Shown: positions 20,628 to 31,460, numbered from the stretch's first letter. The stretch is 64,000 nucleotides of DNA from an uncultured virus (IMG/VR IMGVR_UViG_3300045256_000415) (IMGVR_UViG_3300045256_000415); one strand, 5' to 3'. A program made the numbers and translations. Notes: generated by a model from the sequence alone, not told the origin.

Positions 20628-20979
20628 TGTTATCCCCTTTTGGCCAGAAGTATTCAGTGATCGCCGCGTGTAGCTTGTCGAAGCAATCTGGGTCGGCCAT
20701 TTCGAACTTCGAGCGATAGAACTCGATTATGCCGTCCCACACAAACAACACTGCTACCCGCATTCCCGCTGCACGTTGAGAATGGGGGTAGATCCTGAAC
20801 TCATGCGATACTAGCTCCTTATGATCTGGTGCATCTTTCGAATAACTCGTCTCTTGTTCTAGTTTTAAATCTGGGAACTGTTCAATAATCCATAACGTCA
20901 CGGCACCGACGATATCCGGAGCCGCCGGGAGCATATTACCTCTCGCGTATTTGTAACGCAGACTTGCGGGGGCAGTCAT
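20620..20979 (-). CDS. hypothetical protein (ADP motif family)
   Basis: C-terminal FEMADPDCFDKL. Confidence 0.7.
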   Translation of the reverse strand: MTAPASLRYKYARGNMLPAAPDIVGAVTLWIIEQFPDLKLEQETSYSKDAPDHKELVSHEFRIYPHSQRAAGMRVAVLFVWDGIIEFYRSKFEMADPDCFDKLHAAITEYFWPKGDNNG

Positions 20980-20998
20980 CGGCTGAACGCCGACAAGC

Positions 20999-21538
20999 TT
21001 ACTGGCGATCAGCGAGGGGTAGGCTTTCCGGATGAGCGGGAGGTAAATCCCATGTTGGTGTTGGCTTCCCGTAGACCCCTACCCAATAGGTGGTGCCGTC
21101 TTTGGCAATGGCGTATCCAAAACCGGCGTCATCCGTATCGCTGTAGATGGCATCCCTGTGAGTATCGCTCCGGAGCCACGCTTCGAAAGTATCCTCTACC
21201 GACATATAACCGCGAGCAATATTCTCCTTGACGGTCCCCTCGTAATGGAAACGGGAGGCCCGCTTACCAGGAGTGCCGTTGTCGCCGCGGTGGTTAAAGT
21301 CCTCTTCGCCGCTGTTGTGGCGGCGGGCCATGTACCACGCATGGTCTTGAGTGGCTTTGGTTAGCTCTTCCGAGAGTCCATGCTTACCCAGCCCCTTCTT
21401 CTTGCGAAGGTCGTTGCTGGCCTCATACATGGCCTTTAACGTGGGATGGTCAGATAACTTCTCGTTACGGCTTATCTGCTGAGACTTGACCGTGGTAAAC
21501 AGGAGCAGAAGGCACATCAGACTTGGCCATAATCTCAT
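20999..21538 (-). CDS. CAP/SCP (YkwD-like) domain protein with signal peptide
   Basis: Hydrophobic N-terminus; N..R, HAWYMA, ENIARG, W..S..HR, GFG. Confidence 0.88.
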   Translation of the reverse strand: MRLWPSLMCLLLLFTTVKSQQISRNEKLSDHPTLKAMYEASNDLRKKKGLGKHGLSEELTKATQDHAWYMARRHNSGEEDFNHRGDNGTPGKRASRFHYEGTVKENIARGYMSVEDTFEAWLRSDTHRDAIYSDTDDAGFGYAIAKDGTTYWVGVYGKPTPTWDLPPAHPESLPLADRQ

Positions 21539-21756
21539 AGTGCGCCTTTAGAGCGGTAAGGTACACGGCTAGCCGAACAGACTTGTCGATCTGATACCAG
21601 ATCACCCTCATGTCAAGGTCCACGAACCTCTGCCAGCCCTCCTTCTCCTCGAAGTGAGGTTCGACCATCAGGTCGTCGAGTTCTCGCAGAAACTCCCTGT
21701 CGCAGGGCCGACCCTGGACAGAGGAGATGCGGGTAGCGAGCCGGCGAGAGAGGATG

Positions 21757-21954
21757 TCACTCATGGTCTTTACGTACGCTGGTTCGTTTCGGTTTCTTGC
21801 GATGCCGACGTTGGCCGTGACCCACACTGCCGGGGTGCATCGCGTGGTAATAGTCGTTCATACTAGCCGCCGCGTACACGCCGCTGCAGTTAATGCGGTC
21901 CATATTCGTGGTCGGCCACTTCCGTTGGATCTCGGAAATAAGTCGTAGTTTCAT
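21757..21954 (-). CDS. small basic protein with MKLRLISE leader
   Basis: ATG at 21954; Arg/Lys-rich C-terminus. Confidence 0.55.
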   Translation of the reverse strand: MKLRLISEIQRKWPTTNMDRINCSGVYAAASMNDYYHAMHPGSVGHGQRRHRKKPKRTSVRKDHE

Positions 21955-22429
21955 GCTGTATGTTTGAGACCGCTGGATGTAGAGGACTCCTCTGTGTGGG
22001 TGGCGGCGGCGACGGCGGGCTCTTCTTACGAGTCCCCGGTTTCTCCCGGTCACACCAGATACACCCGCAGATCTCTAGATCACGCTCCGTTTCAAAGTAC
22101 ATGCCGCGGCAGGCGTGGCACAACTCCTCATCTGATGTGAGATCATCTTCCTTGACAGGCGGGATGAACTCTTTGAGATGAGCCGCGGTCCACTCGTGGT
22201 TGTCCCAGGTGACCTCTCCCTCGTACTCTGGGGCCGCGATGGTCACCAGCCCCATATAGTGATCCCAGCGGAGTTGCACACCCCAGGCGAGGCTCCCCTC
22301 CTCGTAGGTAGTCTTGAGGACGGTCAGGACGAGGAGCACACGGTCAGACTTGTACCACCAGTAGCGATCCCCAATCTTGGGTGGAACATTCTCCTTCTTG
22401 TCGCCTCTGCGATAATATACCGTGGCCAT
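21890..22429 (-). CDS. hypothetical protein
   Basis: 179 aa, CHAC...CIWC near the C-terminus. Confidence 0.6.
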   Translation of the reverse strand: MATVYYRRGDKKENVPPKIGDRYWWYKSDRVLLVLTVLKTTYEEGSLAWGVQLRWDHYMGLVTIAAPEYEGEVTWDNHEWTAAHLKEFIPPVKEDDLTSDEELCHACRGMYFETERDLEICGCIWCDREKPGTRKKSPPSPPPPTQRSPLHPAVSNIQHETTTYFRDPTEVADHEYGPH

Positions 22430-22476
22430 CCGATTCCCTCAAAGATAGTGGGTACCCCGAACAGGAGTCGCTGACC

Positions 22477-22848
22477 ATGAAAATGTCACCGGAGCAAATA
22501 CAAGCCGTTGCCTCTATGCTCACTGACGACCCGGACATCATCGTGAACGAGGATATCGTCAAGGAGTGGTGGGGCAAGGGGCCACAGTTGTCGCCGATGC
22601 AACAGAAGCTGTCGGCCGTTAGCGGTGTCAAGGACCCCAAGCAACTGGCTCAGTTAGAGCAGGAACTGCAGCAGTTTGTACAATACCGCCCCAGCCTGAA
22701 AGCCCAGGGCGATGATGCCGTCATTAAGGCATTCGTCACATACAAGAAGACGGGGCAGATGCCACTCCGGTCTGATCTTCCGGTGAATATGGACCAGTTG
22801 GGCGGCAAGGACTTCCGGGAAAACAAGAATCGGCGTCGGCTGGTATAA
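22477..22848 (+). CDS. hypothetical protein with TDDPD leader
   Basis: AGGAG SD, ATG at 22477; N-terminus similar to 51708..52202. Confidence 0.75.
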   Translation: MKMSPEQIQAVASMLTDDPDIIVNEDIVKEWWGKGPQLSPMQQKLSAVSGVKDPKQLAQLEQELQQFVQYRPSLKAQGDDAVIKAFVTYKKTGQMPLRSDLPVNMDQLGGKDFRENKNRRRLV

Positions 22849-23061
22849 GCTGGTCGTGGCGTCCTCTCAGTTCGAACAGCATCTCCGCCAGTAGGACAAC
22901 ATCAACCACTTGGCGGAGATGCTGTGTCCGGCAATCACAAGCAATCAGCGAGATGGTGACGGAAGCGTTGCCTAGCCCGTCGATATAGACGTGAGCCCAC
23001 CTCTCATCTGGGGTGGGTGGTCCTTCCACGTAGCAGGGGATCGTCTTTCGGATTTCTTCGG

Positions 23062-23778
23062 TTATGCCGTGGGCGATTCGCTCGTGGATGCCGGGGCCTG
23101 ATTCAGAAGGGTCATGTGAGTGCATCCGTGGATCACTCCAGCCATGTAGTCATCACCTCGCTGCTGATCCTGACCGGACATGTTGACATAACATAGAGCG
23201 ATCGGCCCCGACATGCCGCCCTTGAGAGTGGCCACCGGGTCACCCGTTGCCCCGTAGACGTTGAAGAAAAGGGCTCCGTTCTCGTCCTTGGCCTCTTGGA
23301 GGAAATAGGTCGGGGCCTTGGTACCGGTCGGGTCGGCTTCGGCTTCTATGGCGAAGCGTGGCACCTTCACGCCATCTTCGCCCGGTTTGGCCACGCCCTC
23401 CAGAAAGACCGAGATGGTGTGTCCCCAGCGTTCCCCGGTGCTCTCACTCTCGTAGACGACCGCCGGTTCTTTGGTCGGCTCCCAGGTGAAGAGGGTGATG
23501 ATCTTGTAGATGCCGCCGGTTGTGAAGTGGCGGTAGCGGTCGCCGATGTTGAGCACGCGGACTTCGTCTTTGGGTTTGGGTGGATTTTTCAGAGCGGTCA
23601 ACTCACCTTCCAGACACCAGACCTTGCTCTGGGCTTGGTTGGCGTCCTTCTTGTAGTTGTCTCGCTCTTTCTCAACACGCCGGATGTGGAAGTGGGTCCA
23701 GATCATGTAGACCAACGCATAGGTGTTGGCGAACATGATGAACCGACAGATATTCTCAGCGTTGATGTAGTCTTGCAC
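23062..23778 (-). CDS. membrane-anchored DUF1653-domain protein
   Basis: N-terminal TM plus coiled coil; GDRYRHF..G.Y...VVYES...W...F...PRF. Confidence 0.75.
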   Translation of the reverse strand: MQDYINAENICRFIMFANTYALVYMIWTHFHIRRVEKERDNYKKDANQAQSKVWCLEGELTALKNPPKPKDEVRVLNIGDRYRHFTTGGIYKIITLFTWEPTKEPAVVYESESTGERWGHTISVFLEGVAKPGEDGVKVPRFAIEAEADPTGTKAPTYFLQEAKDENGALFFNVYGATGDPVATLKGGMSGPIALCYVNMSGQDQQRGDDYMAGVIHGCTHMTLLNQAPASTSESPTA

Positions 23779-23867
23779 GATTGGGTCTTGGCCTAGTGAG
23801 GTTCAACCAAGTTGCAGCCGCGGCCCAGAGGCCGATAACGATGAAGACGAGAATTGAGGCGATGGTG

Positions 23868-24305
23868 TTATACGGTTCTTGGAGAGTCTGAGTTGGCGGC
23901 ATTGCGTTTCCTCAGTTCGCGAATTCTAGCGATTATCGCATCACGGCGGGCGTCCGCCTCGATCTGATGCATCTCGTGGATATCTTTCGCCCGCCACATC
24001 TTCGGCGAATTAGCTACGGCTCTCTTGTAGCATTCGAGTAATCGAAGGGCTTGTGAAGGAGATAGAATGGTTAGTACCGGCGTCCGTTTGATAGCCCCCG
24101 TACGGACTGCCTCGGTCAGGCCAAGCCGGTGCATCTGGCTCTCTTCGGCCTGGAGAAGCTTGCGGAGTTGGTTGAGGAATTCGAACTTGTGGGGGCCGTT
24201 CCTACGACACCACTCAGCAGCCTTCTCGATCTCGTCGTTATGCGAGAAGGCGAGTTCCGCATCCCGCTCCCAGAGCAGGCCACCGAGTTCGCGTGGGTCA
24301 GCCAC
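23868..24305 (-). CDS. hypothetical protein
   Basis: 145 aa helical ORF. Confidence 0.6.
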   Translation of the reverse strand: MADPRELGGLLWERDAELAFSHNDEIEKAAEWCRRNGPHKFEFLNQLRKLLQAEESQMHRLGLTEAVRTGAIKRTPVLTILSPSQALRLLECYKRAVANSPKMWRAKDIHEMHQIEADARRDAIIARIRELRKRNAANSDSPRTV

Positions 24306-24505
24306 CTAATTCGATCCCCGCTAGTTTACCGATTTACGTTTCTTGCTCTGGTCGAACGTGTAGCTGGTGAATCCCCAGGTGTTCGAAGTCCTCACCGTTC
24401 GCCAACCGGACGCGGTAGATCGTCTCGTTGGAGAACCCACCTTCATTCTTGAGGCGGCGGTTTCTGACACAGAGGCTCCTGTATGGGTTTCCCTGTACAA
24501 TACCG

Positions 24506-24889
24506 CTACTGCTTCTTCCGCCGGCAATACCATTTTACCACATCGGCCGGCATTTTATACTTGCTGTAGTCAAGCGTAGGAATGGCATCAATGGTCGCTT
24601 GGCAGACAATCCCGGCGTGGATCTCGCCGTGACAGTTGTGGCAGGTCAGGATGCACTTTGATGCCTCAGCCACGAGCCTAGGTAGGCTGTACTTGAGGAT
24701 CATCATGGAGATGTTGAAGGATTTGGTGTCTGGATTCTTGTGGTGGAATGATAGGTTCCCGATATACTTGTCGTAGCCACAGATTTGGCACCGGTTGTTA
24801 GCCGGACGCACCAGGAATGACTTCGATGCGATTCGTAGACGGCCCTTGAAAGCCGACTTCTGGAATCGGGATTTTTTGCGATGTGCCAT
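24506..24889 (-). CDS. HNH endonuclease
   Basis: CQICGY...LSFHH.NP..KSFNIS...KCILTCHNCHGEIH. Confidence 0.85.
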   Translation of the reverse strand: MAHRKKSRFQKSAFKGRLRIASKSFLVRPANNRCQICGYDKYIGNLSFHHKNPDTKSFNISMMILKYSLPRLVAEASKCILTCHNCHGEIHAGIVCQATIDAIPTLDYSKYKMPADVVKWYCRRKKQ

Positions 24890-25250
24890 TGTCCCTCCCT
24901 GTCCCAACTTTCATTGAGAAGGAGGGAAAGCTCTAATCTGTGGGTAGATGGCGTTTACGCTGACCCTTTGATGCAGACCGGGCAGCGGAATTCTTTTTCG
25001 ACAGTATCCGCCTCGTCAACTTCGTCGATAAACTGCTGTAGCAGATTGCTGAACGCTTGGTTCATCTGGACGACGGTCACGCCCATAACGGCTCGTGGAC
25101 GGTGAATCGAGGTCGCTGCTTTGGGGGTGATTCCTGAGGTATGTTTCTCCTTTCTGCCCATCGGGCGGTTGGGTCAGAGTCGGCCTCTCCATGGCCTAGT
25201 AGTCCGGTCCGTCGGATATATAAGAGTGAAAAATACCATGAGGACTCCCT

Positions 25251-25508
25251 ATGAGTAAAGCACAGACCGCCGCATTCCTAGCCGATCTTGCTGGACGACG
25301 CGGCTATCCTAGCCCTGGATATGACTCCGTTTGGTTCGTTGAACTCAACGGCGGCACCGTCGTAGAAGCCACCGCCTTCGAACCAGACCCAGCCACCTAC
25401 CGGCACGACTACTACTACAACGCCGAAACCAATACGTTATACAAGAAAGTGGTCGCACGACGGGAAAAAGGGATCGTTGTGGCTCATTGGCAGAAAGCTT
25501 CGGAGTAG
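25251..25508 (+). CDS. hypothetical protein at the start of the virion module
   Basis: GAGG SD, 85 aa. Confidence 0.65.
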   Translation: MSKAQTAAFLADLAGRRGYPSPGYDSVWFVELNGGTVVEATAFEPDPATYRHDYYYNAETNTLYKKVVARREKGIVVAHWQKASE

Positions 25509-25631
25509 GGGCGACCGGCCTCGAAGATACTAAGCCGTCTCCATGGTGGGATGGTTGACTCTGATTTTACAAAACACATGTGGATGCCCCGGCATTAACG
25601 CCCGGCATCACAAGATATTAGGGAGCCATCC

Positions 25632-26063
25632 ATGTCCGCGATGTCCAACTACCTCGAAGACCAGTTTATCAAGCACCTGTTCAGGACAGGCTCCTTCACC
25701 AAACCAACAGTCATTGCCGTAGCACTCTGCACCAGTGCTCCCACCGACTCTGACACCGGTGCTCTATCCGGCAAAGAAGTCAGCACATCCGGCACGTCTT
25801 ACGCCCGCATGACCCTCAACCCCAACGACGCGAATTGGGCAGCAACATCCGGCGGTAACGGACTTACCTCCAACCTGTCCGAGATCCTATTCCCGATCGC
25901 CACCGCGGATTGGGGGACGATCACCAGCGTGGCTATCTGCGACAACGCCACTGCCGGTTCCGGCAACATGCTCTTGTACGGTAACCTGCAGACCAACAAG
26001 CTAATTCAGACCGGTGACCAGTTCCGGTTCAATATTGGCGATGTCCAGATCACCTTCGCGTAA
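25632..26063 (+). CDS. small virion/tail-associated structural protein
   Basis: SNYLE...VALCT..P.D...EVS..SYAR...FP.AT.DWGTIT pattern common before tail fibre genes. Confidence 0.8.
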   Translation: MSAMSNYLEDQFIKHLFRTGSFTKPTVIAVALCTSAPTDSDTGALSGKEVSTSGTSYARMTLNPNDANWAATSGGNGLTSNLSEILFPIATADWGTITSVAICDNATAGSGNMLLYGNLQTNKLIQTGDQFRFNIGDVQITFA

Positions 26064-26075
26064 TAGGTGTGAACA

Positions 26076-29000
26076 GTGCCAACTTACGTTCCCCGCAGTG
26101 ACGGCAATCTCACCGACGCTGCCATCTACGGGAAGTGCTGCACCTACGTCCCCCCACGGAATAATGCTAAACCAACTTTTTCGTTGGTGGTGAGCACTAA
26201 CGGCACATCCACCAACAGCACCCCAAGCTTCACCCTGGGGGCAACCACTGAAGTCGATGCTATCGGCTTCCTCATGTGGGCTCGCGGGGGCACCGGGGGA
26301 GCCTTATTTGCTTATATTGCCAGCAATGGGGTTGAAGTTGCCGGGACCCGTGTGATGGTCCCGCTCATCACCCTGCCTAATATGATCTACAGCCCCGAAG
26401 GGTACGGGTGGATCTGCATCAAAATGCCTTCTCCGGTGACCCTCGCCGCCGGCACCTACACAGTGATGTTCTACAACACCGAAAGCCAGATGTCGATGGC
26501 TTTCAACAACTCGCTGAGTGGAAACCCTCCTTGTTACTTTGTCCGTACCACTGAACAGGCTGCTCCGGGTGGCGGTGACACCATTATTATCGGCGGTGAA
26601 TATGGTGTCTTTGATGTCACTAGTTCACTGCAATCCAGCGACGATTTCAGTGGGACTTTATCAAATTGGACTGCTGTGGGCGGCGGCTCACAGTCTCAGA
26701 CGATTGTCTCAGGCGAACTGAATTATGTTATCACCGGAGGCACTGGCGACCCGACCAAATACGTCATGACTGGCGGATATTCCGGCACGGATATGATGGT
26801 TAAAGCCAAGATCAAGATCAACAGCCTCTCGAACAGTTCTAACGCCCGTGCTGGGATTAGCGTTCGTTCTACGGCCTCTGGGCAGGGTGCTCTAGCCCTG
26901 ATTTTCCGCGGTGATCTTGCAAATCAACTCGTCTTTTTGGAAGAAGGGATTCAGTTTAGTGCTCAGTGGAATTTCACTTGGACGACAGGAACATACTACT
27001 ATCTGAAGCTAGCAGTAGTTGGTGCGAGGTGCTATGGGAAAGCATGGGCCGCAGCGGGTTCCGAACCTGCCCACTGGCAATTCTTTTTTAGCCATACTAA
27101 TACCCGAACCAGCGGTTTTGCGGCAATCACAGGACCCGTTAACGGCACATCATCCAACATCACGGTTGACGAATTCGAAGTATCGTCTATTAGCGGTGTT
27201 ACTGGCGGAATCAGCACCCGCACCATCACTGTGGACACAGACTCCGTATCTCCGATTACTTTTGGCAATTTTTTCGTTGGTAACGGAGCGGTGTTAAAAC
27301 ATCCCACCACCCAAAACAGTCAACTTCGTCTAGCCACCAACGGTGGCAACTTTAGCGGGCTTCTATTCCCAATGGTCATCAACAATGGTGGCCGTTACGA
27401 AATTGGTAGCACCACTACACCCATTCCGTCAGCCTACACCGCCATTTTCGAGTGCGTCGGCCACGCCAACACCGACATTGGCATTGTCGTATGGGAAGGT
27501 GGCACATTCCTTGCCCATGGAGCCAACGATCGAACCATCCGGACGACACTTACCGGCACCACCAACGCTGGTAGCAGTACCCTAACCCACAACACTGTTT
27601 CTGGATGGGCAACCGGAGACGTGATTGGCGTTTGCAGTACCAGTCGCAACAACTATGCGGGATCTGGAACGAACCAAAACGAACAGCGAGTCATCAGCAC
27701 CCCAGGCGCGACCTCCACAGTCGTGTCGTCGGCGTTCACCTACCAACATGAAGGCGGCTTTAGCCCAACCGGAAGTGGTTTCACTTTCGGAGCTATGGTA
27801 ATCAACTTGACCAGGAACGTTAGAATCCAGGGGACGACGACCACTTCGACGATGGCCATCTACTACGGGCCGGCTGCGACTCTCGACGTCCGCTATGCCC
27901 AACATCGGAATTGGGGAGGCGGTGACGACCCGCGGCGTGGGTACTACATCGAAGGTAATACCATTAACACGTTCCGGGTGCAAGGATGCTCGTTCTACGA
28001 TCTCCGAGCTAACCAAAGTGCGATGGTCTTCTATCATCGTGGTTCGACAGGTTACGTCAGTTGCATCGATAACGTGGCCTACGGCACAGGGGCGAACATC
28101 GACCACTTCTACTTTATGGGCATCAACCTGCCGGCCCAGAATGACGTGATTCTAACAGGGAATTGCTGCATCAATTTTAGCGGCAATCAGTTTCGTCTTT
28201 TAGATGCTAACGTGGTCTGCGACGACAATTGGATCGGTGGATGTGCCGCTGGTTTCGAGATCTACAGCAACAACGGGAATGGCCTACGATCATTCCAAAA
28301 TAATCGCTCATATACCTGCAACTACTTCATCTACACAAACTCTTATGTGGGGTTCGTGAACCAGGGAGGAAGAGCATGGAGGACTAGGGAAGTTTCTCTC
28401 TGGCACGACGCTTTCGGTATTCACATCGTTACCAAACCAAATTCTAATGGACGATTCGCCTGGGAGCACGTAGACTATATTGCAGCCGGCTGTAGTAATG
28501 TCGGTGCCACAGCTACCATCTACCTTCGCAGCAGTGGGCACTTGATTGTTCGAGATTCGAAGGTCTACAGCGATCCTTCAGCGACTGTGAACTATGCCTG
28601 GGCTAATGGCTCTACTCATCGAGGTACTACTGAATTAATCAACACCGTGATGGGGGTGACCGGTTACGCATTTTCGTCCATCCTCGCCATGCGGGATAAC
28701 GGGGACGCGAAAGTCATCATCGACGACTGTCCAATCTCGTTCACAAGTTCGTTTATAGTCGACCAGTACCTCTTGCCATACCCACAGCAAACTGGTGTGG
28801 GTATCATCAATTATAATGCCATCAACGGCGACAACCGAACCTACAAAGGCCAAGGCACGATCCAGACGGACACAACAATCTATCGGACCTCTGCCCCGTC
28901 CCTTAGGATGACCCCCCTTGGCGACTCCCGCAACACCCACAGACTCACGACAGAAGGGCTGGTCGGCCCATTCATTGTCCAGTGCCCGGCCGGGCAGTTC

Positions 29001-29270
29001 AAGACCATCAATGTCTATATCCGCAAGAGCGTGAGTGGCGACGGTGCGGCTTACAACGGACTCGCCCCGCGGTTGATGCTCTATCCCAACTACGCAGGCG
29101 GTGGGGTAAGTGGATTGACTGTGCTCGCCACTTCCGTGGGTGCGGCAGGTTCTTGGGAGTTACTGACGGGCGTGACCCCATCTGCGATAATCGATACCAC
29201 GTTCGAATTTTACATTGACTGCACCGGTTCAGCCGGTTGGGTCAACGTTGACGACATCAGTATCTCCTAA
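26076..29270 (+). CDS. large tail fibre/spike-like protein (beta-sandwich, G8-like and beta-helix regions)
   Basis: 1064 aa, G/T/S/N-rich; DDFS-started lectin-like insert, INLTRNVRI, C-terminal VNVDDISI. Confidence 0.7.
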   Translation: MPTYVPRSDGNLTDAAIYGKCCTYVPPRNNAKPTFSLVVSTNGTSTNSTPSFTLGATTEVDAIGFLMWARGGTGGALFAYIASNGVEVAGTRVMVPLITLPNMIYSPEGYGWICIKMPSPVTLAAGTYTVMFYNTESQMSMAFNNSLSGNPPCYFVRTTEQAAPGGGDTIIIGGEYGVFDVTSSLQSSDDFSGTLSNWTAVGGGSQSQTIVSGELNYVITGGTGDPTKYVMTGGYSGTDMMVKAKIKINSLSNSSNARAGISVRSTASGQGALALIFRGDLANQLVFLEEGIQFSAQWNFTWTTGTYYYLKLAVVGARCYGKAWAAAGSEPAHWQFFFSHTNTRTSGFAAITGPVNGTSSNITVDEFEVSSISGVTGGISTRTITVDTDSVSPITFGNFFVGNGAVLKHPTTQNSQLRLATNGGNFSGLLFPMVINNGGRYEIGSTTTPIPSAYTAIFECVGHANTDIGIVVWEGGTFLAHGANDRTIRTTLTGTTNAGSSTLTHNTVSGWATGDVIGVCSTSRNNYAGSGTNQNEQRVISTPGATSTVVSSAFTYQHEGGFSPTGSGFTFGAMVINLTRNVRIQGTTTTSTMAIYYGPAATLDVRYAQHRNWGGGDDPRRGYYIEGNTINTFRVQGCSFYDLRANQSAMVFYHRGSTGYVSCIDNVAYGTGANIDHFYFMGINLPAQNDVILTGNCCINFSGNQFRLLDANVVCDDNWIGGCAAGFEIYSNNGNGLRSFQNNRSYTCNYFIYTNSYVGFVNQGGRAWRTREVSLWHDAFGIHIVTKPNSNGRFAWEHVDYIAAGCSNVGATATIYLRSSGHLIVRDSKVYSDPSATVNYAWANGSTHRGTTELINTVMGVTGYAFSSILAMRDNGDAKVIIDDCPISFTSSFIVDQYLLPYPQQTGVGIINYNAINGDNRTYKGQGTIQTDTTIYRTSAPSLRMTPLGDSRNTHRLTTEGLVGPFIVQCPAGQFKTINVYIRKSVSGDGAAYNGLAPRLMLYPNYAGGGVSGLTVLATSVGAAGSWELLTGVTPSAIIDTTFEFYIDCTGSAGWVNVDDISIS

Positions 29271-29291
29271 CCTACCGGAAGGGGGTAATCA

Positions 29292-30755
29292 GTGAATGCC
29301 GCCTCCTTCTGTAAAGGCCAACCGACCATCACCAACTTCGGTGGTTGGGATGGCACATATTGGACGAAGGGTCAACCCCAGCCCACGCTCAGCAGCATCA
29401 CGATTGTCTCCGGGTCGGCTCCACTCGCCACGACCGCGACCGTAACAGCCAGCGGTGTCGTCGTTCGCCACTCCGCGACAACTATCGTTGCCACCGGCAC
29501 AATCACTCGTGCCGTGGGTGAGCGGATTCCGGCGAACCTGCTGGTCATCAGCACACCAAACGCCCAGGTGACGGCCCGCGGCAGCTACTACGCCCGCGGC
29601 CGGACGAATTTCAACGCAGCCACGGCCTCTGTCTCTGCTCGTGGGTCCTCGATTCGCAGCGGTACCGTGTCTATGACGGGTACCGCTGCGACCCTGTTGA
29701 CCGGTCGTACCACCGTTGTCACCACCACCAGCATGACGGGGACGGCCACTCTCGACGCCACCGCTCACTGGATCGCCCGCGGTCAGGTATCCCTGACAGC
29801 CCAAGGACTCCTAACCGGAACTACTGGCCACCGGATCACCGGGGCCTCAGTCCTGATGCAAGGTGTAGCGACATTCTTCGCTACTCCTCCGGCGGCCACC
29901 GGCGTACGGATCACCCACCAGACTCGTGCCTTACTGCAGACGTCGTTCACCAAGACCCAGACGACGGCCGCTCTTTTGTCTGTGCAGAGGCCCCAGACCC
30001 ACACAACTGCGGCTCTACTCAAGGCGACGCCCACTAGAACCACTAGTACCGACGCACTTCTCAGGGGGACTTACAGCCGCACCCAGACCACGAGTGCCTT
30101 GATCTGGAAGCAGCAGTCGCTGGTTCATTCGACCGCTGCTTCTATTATCCCGGGCCCCGGTGAGCGGCACCATACTAATGCCCAGTTGTGCGGGTTGGTG
30201 TCACTCTCCCACGGCACGAACGCTCGACTGCTGATTGAGTTCGCCGGTAGTGGTGTACTTGAATTACCGTCGTTGCGGCTGACGGGTGCCGGTGTCATCA
30301 ATCATTACTATCCGTCTAAGAGCGAATTAGTACTGCCGAAGTTCCAAGTTCAGGGGAAGGGGACGTTCACCCGGCCGGGAATCGTGCCGGAGAATCCAAC
30401 AGACGTCTTCTACCGCAATCGTCGTTACCTTGAATCCTCTTACGGATGGGGTCGGCGAAATCTCTTCGAGGTTTTCAACTGGAATCCGTGCCAATGTGTT
30501 ACCGCTCCGGAGGCCGAGAAAGGGCCCTTCCACGTTGAACCGCCGCGACCGAAACTACACCATGAGTCTGGTAGGATTCTGGTGATGGCGGAGGCCCCGG
30601 CTCCGGTAGCCCCGCCAATGCCGGTATTCGTGCCACCCCAGGAAGTGGTCAGAGTAGATAAGCCGGTTGCCGTGCTTGAGCCGCCCCCATCTCTACCGGA
30701 GAGTCGGGGTCGGGGGTTCAGCGTCGGTCCCCGGACCCGCAAACGGAAGCATTAG
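29292..30755 (+). CDS. Thr/Ala-rich virion protein
   Basis: Repeating T-T-x-A-L-L units; Pro-rich C-terminus; within the structural operon. Confidence 0.65.
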   Translation: MNAASFCKGQPTITNFGGWDGTYWTKGQPQPTLSSITIVSGSAPLATTATVTASGVVVRHSATTIVATGTITRAVGERIPANLLVISTPNAQVTARGSYYARGRTNFNAATASVSARGSSIRSGTVSMTGTAATLLTGRTTVVTTTSMTGTATLDATAHWIARGQVSLTAQGLLTGTTGHRITGASVLMQGVATFFATPPAATGVRITHQTRALLQTSFTKTQTTAALLSVQRPQTHTTAALLKATPTRTTSTDALLRGTYSRTQTTSALIWKQQSLVHSTAASIIPGPGERHHTNAQLCGLVSLSHGTNARLLIEFAGSGVLELPSLRLTGAGVINHYYPSKSELVLPKFQVQGKGTFTRPGIVPENPTDVFYRNRRYLESSYGWGRRNLFEVFNWNPCQCVTAPEAEKGPFHVEPPRPKLHHESGRILVMAEAPAPVAPPMPVFVPPQEVVRVDKPVAVLEPPPSLPESRGRGFSVGPRTRKRKH

Positions 30756-30763
30756 GAGCACCA

Positions 30764-31180
30764 ATGTCGTTGACGCTTGCTACCATCGTCCGCAACAAGG
30801 CTGGTGACACCATTGTGGACATGATCGACGTGGGGACTTTGAACCCGAACGGGTACATCGAGTTCCGCACCGCCACCAAACCGGCGAACCCGCAGACGGC
30901 CGCTCCGGGCGTTCTGTTGGCTACTCTCCGATATTCAAACCCGGCGTACGGGTCGTTTTCGAACGGGCAGGCGGTAGCTAACCCGATCGCCCCAGACGAG
31001 AACGTAGCGGCAAGCGGAGTCTGCGGTTGGTTTCGTGTTTACAACTGCGACGGGACACCACTGTGGGACGGTGAAGTAACCGTGACCGGTGGGGGCGGGG
31101 ACATCGAGTTCGACAACATCAACTTCATCCAGGGCGGCACGGTGAACCTGACCCAACTGGATGCGATCTACCCGGAGTAA
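30764..31180 (+). CDS. small virion structural protein
   Basis: RN...D...G...LLATL...A.G...WFR...DG.V...GGD pattern; AGGAG SD. Confidence 0.75.
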   Translation: MSLTLATIVRNKAGDTIVDMIDVGTLNPNGYIEFRTATKPANPQTAAPGVLLATLRYSNPAYGSFSNGQAVANPIAPDENVAASGVCGWFRVYNCDGTPLWDGEVTVTGGGGDIEFDNINFIQGGTVNLTQLDAIYPE

Positions 31181-31460
31181 TCGTGACAGAACAGAAAAAG
31201 CAAGAACTTCGGCCAGTCGTTCCGACTATGCCGAAGCTCCAGTTCAAAGGGAAGGGGTTGTTCACACCCCCGAAGCCTGCCCCGGTTTCGGAGCCAGCAA
31301 AAGCAGAGTCCCCCAAGCCTGGGTCTTCTGCTGGGCAGTGAACCAGCGGTCATAGGCCGCTTGGTTGGGGAAGTTTATTCTGATCTTCTTATACGGCAGC
31401 TTGTCGGTGGTGGCTCCAAGAGCCACCGCCGAACGAATCTCGCCAGCGGTGAAGTGCCCC

